From NCBI RefSeq assembly GCF_009914755.1, contig NC_060947.1: a DNA stretch of 64,000 nt; one strand, written 5' to 3'. Under the pieces are notes generated by a model, which did no database searches, was not told where the DNA came from, and worked only from the letters and a program-made list of their open reading frames with translations. The number at the start of each line of letters is the position of its first letter. Position 1 is the first letter of the stretch. Of this stretch, positions 41,598 through 55,294 are shown in pieces. The translations under genes were made by a program, and so were the position numbers. Origin of the DNA: the human T2T-CHM13v2.0 reference genome, Homo sapiens.

Positions 41598-42739
41598 GAT
41601 AATTTAAAGCTCTCTCTTGCCCTGTCTTGGCAACATATAAGTTTACATGTTTCAGGTGGATTAAGATAGATTAGAGAAATCCAGCTTCCATCAGATTTTG
41701 TGTAAGAGAGAAGTGTAAGAGAGAGAATTTGAGCAGCCACTGAGATTTCAGGGTTTATTTGTAATTGCAGCACAATCTAGCCAATTCTGATTAATGCAGG
41801 AATTAAAATTTTTGGTACCTTAAAATATGGTCAATTTTTAAAATTTCCCATGGATATTTTAGGTGGATTTGTATTCTTTGTTTGTACTTGTGTGATTCTT
41901 TTAGTTGTCTTGAGTTTGTTTAAATTTTAAAATATCTTTCCAGCATATTAAGAAATTTAGGATAGGAAAGGACACACACCTAGCCTCCATTGTGATTTCA
42001 ACTCTACCTTTTGTCTAGTTATATTCTCAAAGAGTTTGCATTTTGTAGCTGGAAATGGGTAATTTTAAAGAAAATATTTATTAAAAGTCATGTAGGCTTT
42101 GTAATTTTAGTAATAACTAAGAAAGCATAAGCTTTATAACCATAAGCTCTTTATTTAAAAGTCAGAAGTTGGTGGATTATAAACATGAAATTCCTTCCTC
42201 CATCCCCTCATCACTGCCTTCAACTATGTCCTTGTCTCCTAATGACATCTCAGGTAGAGCTCATAGCATTCAGGACGCTGGCAACAAGAAAACAACCCAC
42301 TGCAGGCTAATTCAATAAATTGCAAATTTTAATTTCAAAGCATTTCTTCTCAATCAAGTGCCGGCCAGGCTTCTCTCAGTACAACTTGCAATGGAAAAGT
42401 GGCTTGCCCTCTTGACAACTACCCCCTTCCTACTCTGGTTGTCCATTTCTACTAGAGTGTGCAATGGTTTCTTAGAAAGTCCGTGAAGTATGTGGCCCTA
42501 TTTAGCCCATGGAGTTATTCAGAAGCTATCACTGGCAGAATTGGTTCTCTAGCAATGGGAACAATAAGGCAGGAAAGGTTTTATTCACCACACTTTAATT
42601 ATATAAATCCCAAAGTAGTCATTAAGGGTATAAAGAAGTTTCACTCTTTTGAAAGACCACAATAATCCAATGTTGGTTTAAAAAAAGGCAGGGGTTGGGG
42701 AATCTGGTATTCATACTACTGTTGATAGACATATTGAAT

Positions 42740-43830
42740 TCCTTCATTTGCAGTTTAATAAATATTTATTATGTAGGCAGCAGTTCCTGATAGAGCTTAA
42801 GATTCTGGAGAACAGAAATGTCAATACATACAAGGTCCCTGCCTTTGAGAACCTTACATTCTAGCTGGGGAAAGACATACCAGAAACAAGTAAATCAATA
42901 AGATATTTTTAATTTGTGGTAAGTGATATGAAAGAAATAAAACTGGGGAATGTGATAGAAAGTTAAGGGGAGCATTAGAGGCACTGTGGCATTGTCAGGA
43001 ACACTACTCTGAGAAAGGATATTTGAGCTAAGACCTGAAGCATAACAAGGAGCCAGGCATTCAAAGGACCTGGGAAAAAGCCTCAAGCAGAGAACAAAAA
43101 TTATAATGTAATATTGAGATAGCAATGCACTTTAAACTAAAAAAAAACAAAGGAGGCCCAACTGGGTTTCAGTTCCCTGAGGGAGATAGTTGACAAGTTA
43201 GGGGGCAGCTAGATCATGTAGAGCCTTATAGTTATGGGGATAATTCTGAATTTTTTTCCAAATGCTACAGGAAGTCTTTAAAGTATTTCAGTAGGGGATC
43301 AAAATGGACATGGACTGGTTTTCAGTTTTTGAAGGAAAATAGAATGTGAGGAAGCAAGGTAGGAGGCAGGGAGCTCAGCACAGAAGCTGTGGCCATGGTT
43401 CAAGCAACACAGTATGGTGGCTGGGACCAGGGTGGTGGCATTGGCAATGTGGAGAAGAGGTAGAACTAATATGACACACTGATATACTGGCCATGGAGGA
43501 TGAGAAATGACAGGAATCAAGGATGATTCCAAAGTTTTGAGTTTAAACAGCTGGGTTGATGGTGGTACCATTTACTGAAGTGTAAGACTGCAGAGGATTG
43601 AGATGGTGGTAGAGGAATCAGTTCGGTTTTCGATATAGTAAGTTTGAGAAGCCTACAAGATATTTAAGTGGAAACTCAGGTAGGCAGTTTGAATAGAGTT
43701 ATAAATTTTGTAGCCATATACAAAAGTGATATTTAAATCTGTGGCAATAGACGAAATCATATAAGATTAAAGTGTAGTAAGAGAGTTCAGAATCTAAGGC
43801 CTGAACTATGGGGCAGTCCAACATGACTGT
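42740..43830 (-). mobile_element. L2a
   Basis: Long antisense L2 tract from the 3' end inward (GAATCAAGGATGATTCCAAAGTTTT, GTAGGCAGTTTG). Confidence 0.82.
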
Positions 43831-44490
43831 AACATATTCTATTCGAATTTTTGTGTAGTAGCTTACAGAAAAAAAGATGATCTCTGTAAAGAAGGAAACT
43901 TGGGGAATTAACTCAGTATTAGGCTGTGATATATTCATATAATGAGAGAATTATTTTAATTATCCACCCCATTACATGTGGCCACCACAGAATGCTATAA
44001 CTGTCACTCCAACAGTTAGAATGCTAAATACAAGGCAAAGCCTTTTTACATGCTGCAGAGAGGTAAGAGAAAGGGTTAATTTTTTTTTTTTATTAAAGCC
44101 CAAAGCAGAACAAATAAAAGATTGGAATTTGTAACAAAGATGAGTAAGATACCTAATTGTACCCAGGTGTTTGTAGTTCCCTAAATTTTGCTTTAAATTA
44201 TATCCTATTTATATTTAATGTTTATGTTAATACTAGTTACTGTTTATGCATAGCTGATTTAGTAAAGTGTTCACTCTCTATGGAAAAAAATGTAAATTAG
44301 TGGAAAATCATGATAATACTCTTTAATTCTGTTTATCGTGCAGAGCTGTTCATGATGTGATACTACAACCAAAACACACCTTCCACTTAGCAGCTTATTT
44401 AAATTGCAAGAAAACAGGGGTGAAATGAACAGTCTCTGGAATGTCAGTCTTGCATGGCAAAGGGTATACAGAGATTGCAAATACCTCTTA

Positions 44491-44794
44491 AGAGCTGGAA
44501 ACCATTATTCTCAGAAAACTAACACAGGAACAGAAAACCAAACACCGCATGTTCTCACTCATAAGTGTGAGTTGAGCAATGAGAACACATGGACACAGGG
44601 AGGGGAACATCACACACGGGGGCCTGTAGCGGGATGGGGGGCTAGGGGAGGGATAGCATTAGGATAAATACCTAATGTAGATGACGGGTTGATGGGTGCA
44701 GCAAACCACCATGGCACATGTATACCTATGTAACAAACCTGCACGTTCTGCACACGTATCCCAGAACTTAAAGTGTAATAATAATAAAAAAAAA
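44491..44794 (+). mobile_element. L1PA7-like 3' fragment
   Basis: ORF2 end, 3' UTR (GATGACGGGTTGATGGGTGCAGCAAACCACC) and A tail. Confidence 0.92.
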
Positions 44795-44949
44795 GAATAG
44801 CTACTAAAGGCTCCCCAACATGGAGAAGCACAGCCAAACTAGCAAGCATTAAAACAATTAGTCTCTTGGGGTAGAATCACTTTGCAAGCAACATGGATGT
44901 TTTTTACATATTTGCATAAGTAAATTATTGATTAGAAACAAACTTAACA

Positions 44950-45618
44950 GTCCAGCGCGGTGGCTAATGCTTGTAATCCCAGCACTTTGGGAGGCCAAGG
45001 TGGACAGAACTCTTGAGCCCAGGAGTTGGAGACCAGCCTGATCAACACGACAAAACCCCATCTTTACAAAAAATACCAAAATTAGCTGGGTGTAGTGGTG
45101 CTCACCTGTAGTCCTAGCTACTCAGGAGGCTGAGGAGGGAGGATCACTTGAGCCTGGGATTCAGAAGTTGCAGTGAGACGAGATCACCCCACTGCACTCC
45201 AGCCTGGGTGACAGGGCAAGACCCTGTGATATGGTTTGGCTCTGTGTCCCCACCTAAATCTCATTTTGTAGCTCCCATAATCCCCACGTGTTGTATGAGG
45301 GACCTGGGGGGAGATGATTGAACCATGCGGGTGGGTCTTTCCTATGCTGTTCTCGTGATAGTGAATGGGTCTCACGAGATCTGATGCTTTTAAAAACGGG
45401 AGTTTCTGTGCACAAGCCCTCTTTTTGCCTGCTGCCATTCACCTAAGATGTGACTTGCTCCGCCTTGACTTCCGCCATGATTGCGAGGCCTCCCCAGCCA
45501 GGTGCAACTGTAAGTTCATTAAACCTCTTTCTTTTGTAAATTGCCCAGTCTCAGGTATGTCTTTATCAGCAGCGTGAAAATGGACTAATACACCCTGTCA
45601 AAGAAAAAAAAAAAAAAA
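44950..45618 (+). mobile_element. AluJ, split near its 3' end by a THE1 LTR
   Basis: Alu body 44950-45226; final nucleotides and A tail resume at 45593. Confidence 0.9.
45227..45592 (+). mobile_element. THE1B-like solo LTR
   Basis: TGATATGGTTTGGCTCTGTGTCCCCACC...GACTAATACA; perfect 5-bp TSD CCCTG (45222-45226 and 45593-45597). Confidence 0.94.
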
Positions 45619-46237
45619 CACCTTGTCTTACTTCTCCTATAAGTAAATTCCAAGCCAAGGAATGACAGGAATGGATGAATTAAATTAGGCATATCAATGT
45701 ATTTCTTTAAGTGTTGAGTCCATCGCAATCCCAAATATCTATTTTTTCTGAGATTAGAAAAAAACATTTCTCTTATAAAAACTGTTGATAGGAGATTAGT
45801 GGTTAAATTGGAGGTGGATATAGTAAAAAACAAAAGAAAGTTCTTTAATATTTTTTTAATGTTTCAAAGAAGTAATTCTAGTACTAGTCACATTCTCATG
45901 GACTGGAAGGGTGGTTCAGACCATTTTCCATTTTTGTCATGGCTACTAGGAAACTCAAAACCAAATTGGAATTTAAATCACAACAATGATGTCAATCCCT
46001 TTGGTATCATTGCATATTTGAAATATTAGAAGCATGTTTCTTCTTCCATTACTTGACCCTCATTTTCTATTTTTGTTGTTGAGTAGGGAGTGGCATTTCA
46101 GAGAGCTAAAATGCCCACCTTATCTAGTCTGGAAACCTCAAGTGTTTAATTTTCTTCTCTCCATATATAAGTTTCCATGACAAAAGCTATTGGAGGTAGT
46201 GTGCTAGTCCCAGGTTACTCTGCACAGTGTGAAAGAA

Positions 46238-46652
46238 ATGGCCAACAAGTATATTTAAAAATGCTCAATATCACTAATTATCAGGGAAATGCAAATCAAA
46301 ACCACAATGAGATATCACCTCATATCTGTTAGAATGGCTACTGTATAAAAAAGATTAAAAATAAAAAAGACAGGCAAGGATACAGAGAAAGGGTAACACT
46401 TATGCACTGATTGTGGGGATATAAACTAGTACAGCCATTACAGAGAACAATATGGAGGTTCCTCAAAAAACAATGAATAGAACTACCATATGATCCAGCA
46501 ATCCCATAACTAGGTATTTATCTAAAGGAAAGGAAATCAGTGTATCAAAGAGATATTGGCACCCCTGTGTTTACTGCGGTACCATTCACAATAGCCAAGA
46601 TATGGAAGCAATTTAAGTGCCTTTCAAAGGATGAACTGATAAAGAAAACGTG

Positions 46653-46683
<31 letters not shown>

Positions 46684-47222
46684 TATACACACAATGGAAT
46701 ACTATTCAGCCATAAAAAAGAATGAAATCCTGTTATTCATGGCAACATAGATGAGCCTGGAGGATGTTATGTTAAGTGAAATAAGCGAGGCACAGAAAGA
46801 CAAATATAGCATGAGCTCACTCATATGTGCAATCTTACAAAGTTGATCTTACAGAAATAGAAATTGGAACAGAGGTTACTAGAGGCTGAGAAGAGTAGAG
46901 GGAAAGGGAGAGAATAAGGAGGGATTTGTTAAATGATACAAAATTTCAGCTAGATAGGAGGAATGAGTCTAGTATTCTATAGCATTGTTGTGTTATTATA
47001 GTTAGCAATGATATATCATATATTTTCAAAGAGCTAGAAGACAGGATATTGAATGCTCCCAATACAAAGAAATAATAAATGTTTGAGATGATGGATATGC
47101 TGATTACTCTGATCTGATCACTATACATTGTATGTATTAAAACATCGCTATGTACCCCATAAATATGTACAATTATTATGTGTCAATTAAAAATCAATTT
47201 TTAAAACATATAGAAAAAAAAG
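46238..47222 (+). mobile_element. L1MA-type 3' end
   Basis: ORF2 C-terminus plus L1MA-style 3' UTR (CTGATCTGATCACTATACATTGTATG) and A tail. Confidence 0.88.
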
Positions 47223-47642
47223 AAAGGCATGCTTACTTTTGGGGGGATTTCTCTATCAATGATGCACATGGCCACAAGTTGTAACCTAAGAGCTTGGGGT
47301 TAGTAATACTACGCTGTAGATCCAATATGGTTTACTGAAACCTAAAGTGAAGAACTTAGCAGAATCATTTCATTTACCTGAGTTTTTGAACAGATAACTT
47401 AAGGTTTTACTATTAAACAATGGTTGGTGTGAAGGTTTTTGTTACTGATTGAGAGCAGACACCTGTATGTTTTGAAAACCAGTCAAGAGGTTGGTAGAGG
47501 TGATGTTCTATTATGAAACTTCATTTTGAGAACCATGGTCGAGGTTGAAGTTTTACTCTTGGCCTGACTCTCTGCATTGCTGATCTCAACACTCACCTGA
47601 ACCCCACCTCTTGCATTCCCCATCCCCTACATTCTTGCGCAT

Positions 47643-47643
<1 letters not shown>

Positions 47644-47696
<53 letters not shown>

Positions 47697-47703
47697 ACAC
47701 ACA
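47644..47703. repeat. (CA)n microsatellite
   Basis: Directly visible. Confidence 0.97.
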
Positions 47704-47949
47704 AAACACATAACCCTATACTTCTTCACCTAGGGTTAAAGTTGGGAAATTTACATGGTTTTCTGGCACCAGCTCACACATCTATTTTCTGCCTTAGATT
47801 CTATCCAAATCAGGAGTGAAAGAAATTATGAGGAAGGCAGAAAGGGAATGGAGAAGCTAGTAGCTAAGGGCATGAAAAACAATAGAAGTAGTGGAAAGAG
47901 GAAACACAGAAAATGCCTCCGAAAGGGGATGGCGATGTGACTTAACAAA

Positions 47950-48175
47950 GAGAACACTGGATAAGGGCCTAGAGACCTGAAATTGAGTTTTAGCTTTGTC
48001 ACGGTCCCCATTGTGACTTTGGACAAAGCTCTACCATTCTTTGGTGCTCAGTTTGCTTATTTGTAAAATGGGAATTATTTGTAAAATGGGAATTGTTTTT
48101 AATCCCTAATTTTTACTTTATGGCAGTGTTGTAAAATCCAACAAGATGACATGTGTGAAAATATTTTGCAAACCA
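47950..48175 (+). mobile_element. MIR with a perfect 18-nt internal tandem duplication (48057-48092)
   Basis: TGTGACTTTGGACAAAG...CTCAGTTT...TGTAAAATGGG core; TTATTTGTAAAATGGGAA occurs twice. Confidence 0.75.
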
Positions 48176-48248
48176 TCAAGAGCAAAACCTATCTAAGGCA
48201 TTAGCGATGGGAGACTTAAATAGGAGCCACCATAATCAGAACAGAAAT

Positions 48249-49082
48249 GGCAGTTATTTTTATCTTTTCCTTACATGTTCTTCATAACCCACTGTTATCA
48301 TTTAGAAAATTCCTGTGATGTAGTCATCTAGCAGCCTCTGATTTTCTTTATCCTTTTCTCAGTTTCTACTTCAAGCTGATCTTTGTAGGCAAACATGCCC
48401 TGAGTACCTCTTCAGAAGGCAAAAACAAGAGAGATCTGATTACTAGATTACTTTGTGTTATGTTGCATAAGGACATATATTGGTAATAATCCCTTAATTG
48501 CATACAGTATATCCCTGGACACACATATATGATTAAATATATAAATGCAAATACATACATGCCCACGCTTGCCCATGCACACACCCACACACCCCACAGT
48601 GAATTCCTCACCCTCCTTTTTACACTTAGCATATCACACAATAAAGAGGTGACATGGTCCTTGGGAAAGAGAGCCTTGCCATCTAGGTCACGTTGTTAAC
48701 TTGCTCACCCAGAGCTTATTTTACCCAATGAGATGCTCCACCGATTTCACATGTTCTGTTTCTATTTTAACATGAATTGAGGCAGAACTAAATCATCTTA
48801 AAGCATCTGTCGATAGGCAGTTATCCAGCCACTTAGTTTCATGTTCTTCAGAACCCAGTGTTATCATTTGGAATCATTTTGTGATCCATTTATATAACAG
48901 TCTCTGAGTTTTCCTTATCTTTCTTCCACTTTCTCCTTCAAACTGATCTTTGTAGGCAAACAGGCCCTGATGATCACTGATTTCATTGCGAACCAAAGCA
49001 AAGACAGGAGCCTGATTGTTCGATTACTTTGTGCCACATTTTATAAGGAAAAACTGATGTAAGAACCCCTTGGATTTATACA
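48249..49082. repeat. Diverged direct duplication of ~260 nt (48249-48505 and 48816-49082)
   Basis: Colinear shared blocks: GGCAGTTAT; CATGTTCTTCA.AACCCA.TGTTATCATTT; CTGATCTTTGTAGGCAAACA.GCCCTGA; GATTACTTTGTG; ATAAGGA. Confidence 0.9.
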
Positions 49083-49224
49083 AAGTACTTTGAAAATACC
49101 CCAAGGCTAGTTATGTGATCATGGGTCTTACTTAATTTCCCTTTGTTTCATCTGTAAACTGGTGATAATATTCATGATGTAGTCAGTCAATTTGGGGTAT
49201 GGTCATTCGAGCAATTAGAGATCA

Positions 49225-49545
49225 ACTTAATCATGTTCTTATTAGCCCCCTTCTGTCTATCTCACCCATGAAGATATCATGAAGGGCTTTGTCAGATGCT
49301 GTGCCGAAATCCAGATACACTGTGTTCAACGTTTCCCTGGTCTACAAGGATAGTAAAGAACCCAATCAAAAATTTAAAGGAAAGAAAGAGAGGATGAAAA
49401 TTAAATTGTTTGGAGTGATCTGTACTCCATAACCCCATGCTATCTCCTGCTGATGGTCACCTCACTCCACGAGTGCCCACAAAACTTGTATTTCCATTTG
49501 GACAGTTTGCCAGTAATGGACTTCAAACTCGCTGGTGGGTACTTT
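49225..49545 (-). mobile_element. L3/CR1 RT fragment
   Basis: The minus strand reads ...VDQGNVEHSVSGF/VYLDFGTASDK...HDI across a frameshift, matching the CR1 RT motif VDVVYLDFSKAFDKV. Confidence 0.65.
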
Positions 49546-49568
49546 CTAAAAATGACTCTTGTCTCATA

Positions 49569-49661
49569 TTTTTTTCCTTTTTTTATTATACTTTAAGTTT
49601 TAGGGTACATGTGCACAACCTGCAGCTTTGTTACATATGTATACATCACACACCGGGGCCT
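49569..49661 (-). mobile_element. ~90-nt L1PA4/5-like insertion with a 5' micro-inversion
   Basis: Poly-T followed by the reverse-complement L1 3' end, then sense L1 ACATCACACACCGGGGCCT; TSD ctcttgtct(ca)tatttt / ctcttgtcttatttt. Confidence 0.9.
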
Positions 49662-50813
49662 CTTGTCTTATTTTTAAAATAAAACAACTTTTTCCCAGTT
49701 GTCACTTCTCCCGCCTCAAAACAGTTCCTTGCAAATCCTAAAGAGGAGTTCACACCTTAAAAGAGAGACTAATGTGGAGGAAGTAACCTATGGATGCAAA
49801 TCCCTATTCACCCCTTACCTGCCATCAGAGCACCTTCAGTTCTTCCCACGGAGTCTTGTGGCCCTTGACGGTCAGTGGCAACACCACTGGGGAGGTCCTG
49901 AGGAGACCCTGAAGTCACTTAGAGGGCATGTGGCTGGTTACACACTTTTCATTTTAATTTCAACCAGCATTCAGAGAGGACCTACTTTATGCCAAGGTCC
50001 TGTGGACAGTGTAACTTCTCTCAGAGCTTACTGTCTTGTATGAAAGACAGATATGTGAGCAAATAAATATAACCCAGTTGTTAGTGAATCTAAAGAACTA
50101 AAAAAAGAACTATGGTCTCAGCTCACTCAATCTTTTTATATTTATGGTTGCTTTTATTCTAGCTGAGGATGGGGCTAGGTAGGCCTGGTTCACTGCAGGA
50201 CAAAACAGGCTGGATGAGAAGACCTGAAAAAGTACTGGATTAATGGAACAGGACAGGCACATAGAATACAGGCTCTTTTATAGGTACTGGGGGACAATTC
50301 AATCTGGAAGGCAAAGGTGCTGTATAGTGATTGCTACAGCTTAGAGAAGAGGAATGACAAGGGTCCAAGCATCTCAACAGGTGGCCCAAGTATAATAATG
50401 AAAAACGTAGGAGTGGGCAATGCTTATATTCCAAGAAAGCGAGGATCAGCATCAGGGAATTTCACTAGCAGGTACCAAGCCCTAGCTTCCAGGCTTGAGT
50501 TTAAGGGAATTTCTCCGTTTAGCAATCACCCTGCCTACAATACATTCTGTGATAATAAACCTGACAATTATACCAATATAGTCTGTCTTACCTCACCTCT
50601 GAAGAGCTAGTGCTCCCCATGGGATTATAGGTCTCAACTCCAGAATGACCTGCAGATACAAGTTAGGATACCTCCTAAGCATGTAGCAAAAAATGTGATG
50701 GCTGCCACATGACCCTAAAGGTTGACTCCAATGCCTGTAGCCATTATTCCTGAAATCCGCCCCAAGCTGAAGCCCGTGTGGATTTGTCCATTGAGAGCTT
50801 CAAAACTGAGTGC

Positions 50814-51790
50814 AACAGCAAAAGAAATTATCATCAGAGTGAACAGGCAACCTACAGAATGGGAGAAAATTTTTGCAGTCTATCTATCTGACAAAGGGCT
50901 AATATCCAGAATCTACAAGGAACTTGAATTTACAAGAAAAAAAAAACAACCCTATTAAAATGTGGGCAAATGACATGAACAGATGCTTCTCAAAAGAAGA
51001 CATTTATGCAGCCAACAAACATATGAAAAACAAAAGCTCAACATCACTAATCATTAGAGAAATGCAAATCAAAACCACAATGAGATATCATCTCACACCT
51101 ATCAGAATGGCAATTATTAATAAGTCAGGAAACAACAGGTGCTGATGAGGCTGTGGAGAAATAGGAACACTTTTATACTGTCGGTGGGAGTGTAAATTAG
51201 TTCAATCATTGTGGAAGACAGTGTGGTGATTCCTCAAAGACCTAGAACCAGAAATACCATTTGACCCAGCAACCCCATGACTGGATATATACCCAAAGGA
51301 ATATAAATCATTCTATTATAAAGATACATGCACGCTAATGTTCACTGCAGCACTATTCACAATAGCAAAGGCATGGAATCACCCCAAATGCACATCAGTG
51401 ACAGACTGGATAAAGAAAATGTGGTACATATATACCATGGAATACTATGCAGTCACAAGAAGGAACAAGATCGTGTCCTTTGCAGAGACATAGATGGAGC
51501 TGGAAGTCATTATCGTCAGCAAACTAACACAGGAACAGAAAACCAAACACTGCATGTTCTCACTTACAAGTGGGAGCTGAACGATGAGAACACATGGACA
51601 CAGGGAGGGGAACAACACACACTAGAGCCTGTTGGTGGGAGGGGAGAGCATCAGGATAAATACCTAATGAATGCTGGGCTTAATACTTAGGTGATGGGTT
51701 GATAGGTGCAGCAAACCACCATGGCACACGTTTACCTATGTAACAAACCTGCACGTCCTGCACATGTATTCCAGAACTTGAAATAATTTA
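50814..51790 (+). mobile_element. L1PA10/11-like 5'-truncated element
   Basis: ORF2 C-terminus ([21 protein letters not shown]) to 3' UTR; TSD aaaactgagtgc (50802-50813) / aaaacctgagtgc (51791-51803). Confidence 0.92.
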
Positions 51791-52777
51791 AAAACCTGAG
51801 TGCGAGAGCCCAAACCACTGGAGTTATGGACAAGAAGGAAGAGGGTAAGAGTTACATAGATTACTGGTTTCCATTTGGAGGGGATGGGCAGGGAACAAGG
51901 AGAGGATAAGAAAGAGGAGAATGTGTATGTTGAATCAATTTTCCTAAGTTCTTCTTTCTCATCTATACATATCCAGTTGAGAATCAGTGGCATAAGTTGA
52001 ATAATTTTATTTAATACCAACATCTTTATCTGAGGATATTGGGGTGTTTGGTGTTTGGAGAAGGGACTGGAAAGATCACCTTACCTGGACTGACATTCAG
52101 TGGAGGGAAATCCAGTCACTTTTCAAAAAAAAATTAAAACCCTGAGCCTTACATAAAGTATATAAATATTCCCATTTAACGAGAATAGGCTTATGAGCAA
52201 AGTGCTATTGAGGCTTCAGCACCATGACTCAGAATTTCTTTCAGCTAGAAATTAAAGTCCCAATTGGAGATAGATCCATAGAAACACTGACACACTACCA
52301 CTCACTCTCAAGCCCCCTGAAAGCCCCCTGACAAACCCTGAGGCTGAAAATGTCTAAGGACATTTTCTGAAAGATTTAAAAGGGGCTTATAAATGTCATG
52401 AAGTTACTCTAAAGCCAGATCTATTGGAAGGAGAGGTCCAGAATCACTTCCTGGGGCTGGTCTCTGGCATGAATGCATTGGCCTGGGAGTGAACCTCTAT
52501 GATACTGGCAGTGGGGCACTGCCAGGCCTGATGGATCTTCTGAGTGTGCATGCTGACCTCCAGTCAGGAACCTGGGTACTAGCTTGTTACTTTCTCCTGA
52601 ACCCAGCTAAGAGGTTTATTGTATTTTATACAGCAATCCTGAGTGTTTTGTAGCAACAGAGCTTCTATGGAATGTTTAGTTGACCATATGTCCAGAGACA
52701 TAAGTTCAACTCTTAAAAATGAGAAGGAGAAAGTACCCTTGTGTTGTTATAAAAGTGACACTAAACATTAAGCATGT

Positions 52778-53070
52778 TTTGGTAGATATGGAGATGCGCC
52801 ACTCAGAACCCCTTTGAAGAAAGGACCTGCTGCCCAAATGCAAGGTGACATGCAGCCTTAGCTTACCTATAACCACTTCCGGGATCTTTAATATGATGCA
52901 TGTGCCAATTTGGGTTCTTTGGGAAACAGGCAGTGGGATAGAATTAGGAGCATAAAAAAAAGTTTGTGAAGTAGTATCTGTGAAAACAAAAGGGAGGAAG
53001 GAGGACTGGGGAAATATAGCAGTCTGATCACAATATAGACCTGACAAAAGTCTCTGAATAATCTTGGAAG
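52778..53070. mobile_element. Two LTR16-type pieces in opposite orientation
   Basis: 52778-52895 resembles the reverse complement of the 23400-23460 end; 52901-53070 resembles 22982-23210 directly. Confidence 0.6.
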
Positions 53071-54465
53071 GATGTAGATGGAAACAGCAGCAGCAACCCT
53101 AAGGAAAACTCAGATCATTTGATTTCACGGTTAGTACCTGCCAGGTTGTTGGGGTCTCCTTGATGATCTGACCTAAGCTTACAAATGAACACTTGCATCA
53201 CCAGCCCTCAAGCTTGCACAATGTAAAGGAGTGAGTTCCTAAGGAATGTATGGACCCCTATGCCCACAGACAACTTTCATTCATCTCTGAAATTCTGCAT
53301 ATTACTGACAATAAATGATGATGAAGATAACTGACACTTAAATGTCATTATATTTTTTCTTCAGCAATATTTGATGATTAGAAAAGTTACTAATTGATTG
53401 AAACACTACAGGGATGATGTGCCTTTGTAAAGGACAAGCAAAAGAAAAATAACAGTAGATTCCATGTGATTGCAGGGGGTATCTAAGATATTTTTACCTT
53501 CCTTGTTTTTCACTTTGATTTCTGGAGAATAACAATCAAACAAATGCTATAACCATGTTCAAAATACTCGTGTTGTCTATTGAGAACCATTATTGTCAGA
53601 TCCTGAGGAATGGAAATTAGTATTTTGTCTATTTTGTCTATTGAGATCCATTATGGAAACTGACGCTTCTGCATTCCCAAACAAAAGCAGAGAAAGGTAC
53701 AATAGAACAAAGGAGAGACAGAAAGAAAAACAGAGAGATGGAGATTGACAGAGTCAGAGAGGCAGAGCCTGATGTGGGCTCAGGAGGGAAGTTCAACCTG
53801 AGATTTGTCCTCACCCAACCAGGTATACGTATCGTGTATAGAAAATGAAACACACTTTGAAAACAAAAAAATATGGTGGAAATAGGAATGGGGTGGGGGA
53901 GTACAGGAGATAAGCATGTTTTTGACTTTTTTCTTTAAATCTATAGCATGAAACACAGTACTGAAAGAAGGGCAAGGCTCAATGCATAGGTAGTGGGTGT
54001 TATCTACCATAAATTTCCCCACCATCTTTCCTCCCAGCATTCTGTTTGTCTAGAGTCTGCTCTCACTCTCATCCTTATTACCTACAATTCAATTCACACA
54101 AATGACTGGACACTCTCTGGGTTCCCGCCTTTGCTTAGATAAAGAACCTATTCCCTCCCAAGGCCACCATCTCATCCAAAACTCTCACTGGACACGTAGG
54201 GAAAGAAAGCCTCAAAGACTAGATGAGACAGACTTGTCTAAGGTCACACAAACACCACCAAGTAGATGATCTAGGAACACAGTTCAGGTCCCAGTGGAGT
54301 TGGAACTTCAGGTAGACATGGAGATTCCTCCGTGTGCACAAACTTACTTGTATGCGAGGCTGGGAAGTGTAGCTAAACTGTGAACCCAAAAAGGAGAAAA
54401 TAAGTAGGTATTTGCAAAACGGTTCTATATACCCCTCTGTCTGTCCCCAAATGTTCTTAAAGGCA

Positions 54466-55221
<756 letters not shown>

Positions 55222-55294
55222 GAACCCCAACTTCTCTGAGAAACACCCAAATTGAACTTGTCAAAAGATTGAATGGGATCTTACCCATCTAATA

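Noticed and set aside
45310-45330. DUX4 site in the THE1B LTR
   Set aside because: It reads TGATTGAACCA, degenerate relative to the usual TAATTGAATCA.
48366-48641. Minus-strand ORF ending RACLPTKISLK, a peptide also present in the second duplicate copy
   Set aside because: The frame has stops in or beside both copies and the N-terminus is simple (CA)-rich sequence; the shared peptide follows from nucleotide identity.
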